64,000 bases of DNA. Source: Eledone cirrhosa (Eukaryota). Shown here one piece after another: positions 59,671-64,000 of the stretch (position 1 is its first letter; the number at the start of each line of letters is the position of its first letter). The stretch lies in assembly GCA_964016885.1 (NCBI GenBank), contig OZ024758.1, forward strand, positions 32,116,001 to 32,180,000, read 5' to 3'. The position numbers and the translations under genes were made by a program. The notes below the pieces were generated by a model, which had not been told where the DNA came from, did no database searches, and saw nothing but the letters and a program-made list of their open reading frames with translations.

Positions 59671-60500
59671 GATGGCTGCCCCCCTCGTTATCGAGTATGG
59701 CCATTGCACGAGAAAAAAAAAATATATACACACACACATACATACATACATACATATATACACATACATACACACATATATATATATATACACATATATT
59801 AATAACAATAATAATAATAACAACAATAATAATAACGACAACAACAACAACTATAATAATATACATATATATATACACACACACGCACACATAAACATAT
59901 CTATACACACACACACACGATAGCAACTAACAGCACTGCGATCGAATGTGACTTTTTAGCCCAGCCAATGATCTAAAATGTCTTGCACAGAGTCGGCAAC
60001 CAAAACATTCACTGGGAATAGCCGGCTGTGGTTGGAGTTCATGTACTTTTGCATGTCGCTTGAGCCCTCCTGCTGATTTACATTCTCTACCACATGTTTG
60101 GCAAGCATGATGAGTAGCATCTCCAACAGCAGCCTGGTAGTCAACCACTGGTCTTACTTTATGACTGTGAAGATGACTTTCGAGTCCAGCTTTGCTTAGG
60201 CAGAGTCTCGTACAGACGCTGCATGTCAGCAACATAGGAGGACCCTCGCCGTCTGGAAGTGCAACAGCAATGCCCTTCCTCACATCCAGCTTTACTTTCT
60301 CGTATGCGATTCGAGATGCCTCAAAGGCAACTTTTCCCTCATATACAGTCTTTCTCCATTTATTACGATCAGCAGCAATATTTTCCCATGTATCAGCAGA
60401 GATGTTAGCGTCTTTCAAAGAGGCTTTCAAGGAATCCTTATACCTCTTTTTTGGTTTATGTGGCGGTCGTTTTCCTTTAACTAACTCTCCATAAAAGAGT
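59671..60500 (-). mobile_element. 3' end of a second RTE-type LINE with three C-terminal C2H2 zinc fingers
   Basis: [38 protein letters not shown], then CSVC..H..SH, CQTC..LKRHAKVH and CRLC..LKSHIRS. The 3' UTR is split by simple repeats at 59712-59915. Confidence 0.8.
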
Positions 60501-60661
60501 ATATACATATATATATGCATATACATACAGATAGATATATATACACATATATATATATACATATATATACACATATATATTTATACACATATATATATAT
60601 ATACACATATATATATATACACACATATATATATATACACACATATATATATACACACATA

Positions 60662-60695
<34 letters not shown>

Positions 60696-60719
60696 CACAT
60701 ATATATATATACACACATA

Positions 60720-60757
<38 letters not shown>

Positions 60758-60790
60758 CATATATATATACACATATATATATATACACAC

Positions 60791-60821
<31 letters not shown>

Positions 60822-61049
60822 CACATATATATATATACACATATATATATATATATATACATATATATATACACATATATATATATATATACATATATAT
60901 ATACACATATATATATACACATATATATATATATATATATACATATATATATACACATACATATAGATATATATACACATATATATATATGCATATATAT
61001 ATACACACATATATATATATACATATATATATACATATATATATATTGA

Positions 61050-61515
61050 TGGAAACCGCGGAGTGGGGAGACCCAAGATGACTTGGGATGAGGTGATAAA
61101 AGCCGACCTTACCCAACTACACCTCTCAAAGTCAATGACACACGACCGTGACTTCTGGCGTCACGCAGTAATACAGGGTACCCGACCTCCCATGGGTACA
61201 TGCTGAAGCATATAAACAATATGCCCCCCCCCCCCCACCGCAAGGTGGTCGTGGAGGTGCCACGGCAAAAAAGCACCCAGCCCACACTGTAAAGTGGACG
61301 TGTAGGCGCCACGAAAAAGCACCCAGCACTCACTGTAAATGAGGTTGGTGTTAGGAAGGGCATCCAGCTGTAGAAATCAAGCCAGATCAGTTCCTGTATG
61401 AGCAAGGCATGGTCAGCCGACCAGACACTGCCCACAACAGGACAACCCGTCTAACCCATGCTAGCGTGGAAGAACGGACGTAAAACGGTGATGATGATGA
61501 TGATGATGATGATAT
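61050..61515 (+). mobile_element. RTE LINE 3' end with (ATG)n tail
   Basis: Similar to 52100-52535. Confidence 0.85.
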
Positions 61516-62060
61516 ATACACACATATATATATATACACACATATATATATATATACACACATATATATATATATACACACATATACATATATATATACA
61601 TACACACACACATATATATATATACATAAATATATACATATATATATATATACATGGTGGCTGCCAACTCGTTTTCGAGTACGGCCACTACTTTATATCC
61701 ATGTAGGAGAACCCCTACCGATGTGCTGAACGAGCGTGACTTTTTAGCCCAGCCGGTGACTTGAAAACTCTGGTACAAACACTACACTTGTGACAATTAT
61801 TGACACATAGTGCTGGGCCCATGGTACCATGTGATGACAAGTGTAGAGAGATCAGAGATCTCCAGATATAAAGCAATGCTTGTGCCGTGAAGCTTTTATA
61901 GTGAGCAAAGGCACTGCACAAAGCCAGTCCCACTCTCTTAACCAAGATGATATTTACCAAAAAGAAGAACAAGTCAACATCATATATATATACATACACA
62001 TATATACTTATACATACATATATAAATATATACATACATACATATATATATACATACATA

Positions 62061-62095
<35 letters not shown>

Positions 62096-62099
62096 TTAT

Positions 62100-62930
62100 G
62101 ATGGACCAGGTCATGAAAGTAACAGAAAGAGTTATAGCACAGTTGATTAGGGACTAGGTAAAACTAGATGAGATGCAATTTGGGTTTGTGCCAGGAAAAG
62201 GCACCACTGATGCCCTCTTCCTTGTGAGGCAGTTACAGGAAAAGTACCTAGCTAAAATAAGCCACTCAACCTGGCATCTGTCTATCTGGAAAAAGCCTTC
62301 GACAGAGTCCCCTGTGCTATAATCTGGTGGGCTCTTAGAAAATTAGGAGTAGATGAATGGCTTGTGAAAACTGTACAAGCCATGTATAGAGGAGCAGTCA
62401 GCAAAGTTAGGGTTAGCAATGACTATAGCGAGGAATATAGCATACAGGTCGGTGTCCTCCTGTTCATCATCGTTTTGCAGGCAATAATGGAAGAGTTTAA
62501 GACAAGATGCCCATGGGAACTTCTGTATGCAGATGACCTCGCACTTATAGCTGAATCTATGTGGTAGAACTAGACAAGAAATTCCAAACATGGAAGCAGG
62601 GACTAGAAAGAAAGGGTCTCAAAGTCAACATGACAATAAGACTAAAGCCCTCATAAGTAGACGAGAAAACAGAACCCAGATCCCCTCAGGCAAAGGTGTA
62701 GGTAGGAACTCCATCCTCTGCCCCAAATGGAAACAATGGGTACACAAGAGATGTAGCGGGATCTCAGGAATGACAGGCAGACTGTATGATGCGTGTATAT
62801 GAACAGCAATTGTACTTGGTAGTGAGACTTGGGATGAGGTTATAAAAGCCGACCTTACCCAATTACACCTCTCAAAGGCGACAAGACCGTGACATCTGGC
62901 GTCACGCAGTAATACAGAAGACCCGACCCC
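62100..62930 (+). mobile_element. Internally deleted RTE LINE fragment
   Basis: MQFGFVPGKGTTDALF, LLYADDLAL. Confidence 0.85.
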
Positions 62931-63008
62931 CTTCTTTCTCTCTTCCTTTCTACTCTATCTTCTCCAAAAATTTCCTTTAAGAAATACAAGGGTATTTACA
63001 TTTTAACC

Positions 63009-63143
63009 ATTCTGCTCTGAGGAAATGGTAGTCGCAGCATTTGAAAATTGAGTTTCTGCAATCAAATATTTATTAATTATCAATTGCACATAGCATGACT
63101 AGGCTGTATAACTACTGATGAAACATTTGTAAGCACTCGGAAT
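63009..63143 (+). ncRNA. Hammerhead ribozyme candidate with a stem II region of about 95 nt
   Basis: attc-tgct-CTGAGGA, gtagt..gcagc/gctgt..actac, GAAAC-attt-GTA-agca..gaat. Confidence 0.55.
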
Positions 63144-63351
63144 AAATTACCTTTTTATGATGCCTACCTGTTATTATTCATTCTTTATCTACACTCCAGA
63201 ATACAGAAGGATCAGAAACTGAATTTTTCTGACTATTCTCCCATAACTCGTTGAGTAACCCCTCGCCGTACGTCAACTCTATCTAGTGTAGTAATTAACC
63301 ATTACTGCATTCAGGATAATCCTAAGCATTTCTTGTATAAAAATATATATA

Positions 63352-64000
63352 TAGTCAGCAAAGTTAGGATTGGCAATGAGTATAGCGAGGAATTTAGCGT
63401 ACAGGTTGGGGTCCACCAGGGCTCTGTTCTTAGCCCTCTCCTGTTCATCATAGTCCTGCAGGCAATAACGGAGGAGTTTAAGACCGGATGCCCATGGGAA
63501 CTCCTGTATGCTGATGACCTCGCACTCATAGCTGAATCTATGGTAGAACTAGAGAATAAATTCCAAACCTGGAAGCAGGGACTAGAGAGAAAGGGCCTCA
63601 AAGTCAACATGACAAAGACTAAGGTCCTTATAAGTAGACGAGAAAACAGAACCCAGATCCCCTCAGGGAAATGGCCTTGCTCAGTATGTAGGAAAGGTGT
63701 AGGTAGGAACTCCATTCTTTGCCCCAAATGCAAACAATGGGTACACAAGAGATGTAGCGGGATCTCAGGAAGCTTAATTAAGAATGTAGGATTCACATGC
63801 AGCAGCTGTGCTGAAACAGCAAGCAAACAGCCACAGGAAACAAGTACCACCAATCTCTGGGAGGGCCCTGTAGAAACAGTAGACAGCTTCTGCTACCTAG
63901 GTGACCGAATTAGCAACGGAGGTGGGTGCTCAGAAAGTACAATAACTAGGGTAAGAACGGGATGGAAGAAGTTTAGGGAACTACTACCACTGCTAGCTGC
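63352..64000 (+). mobile_element. RTE LINE RT fragment running off the window
   Basis: GVHQGSVLSPLLF, LLYADDLAL, WPCSVCRKGVGRNSILCPKCKQWVHKRC. Confidence 0.9.

Noticed and set aside
59927-60574. Host C2H2 zinc-finger gene
   Set aside because: The fingers follow a LINE ORF2 C-terminal motif (YGEL..GKR...KRYKD) and precede a retroposon 3' end.

Overview
This 64 kb window is AT-rich eukaryotic DNA, most likely from an octopod cephalopod, judging from the SINE families and the very dense (TA)n/(CA)n microsatellites. No intact host gene is supported. The window is almost entirely decayed retroelements: RTE-clade LINEs, several clades of Penelope-like elements (PLEs; RT plus GIY-YIG endonuclease), tRNA-type SINEs and one non-autonomous Helitron. 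The most notable signal is not visible in the ORF track. About 20 distinct sequence families (more than 35 copies) carry hand-foldable type I hammerhead ribozyme (HHR) motifs. Most sit in fold-back insertions of 0.15 to 5.8 kb, embedded in (TA)n tracts. All scorable fold-backs have the same polarity: left arm on the minus strand, right arm on the plus strand, both 3' tails pointing outward. Several HHRs have variant cores (U3-A8 covariation, U4A, U4C) or long stem II inserts. All folding and alignment was done by eye and needs computational and biochemical confirmation.
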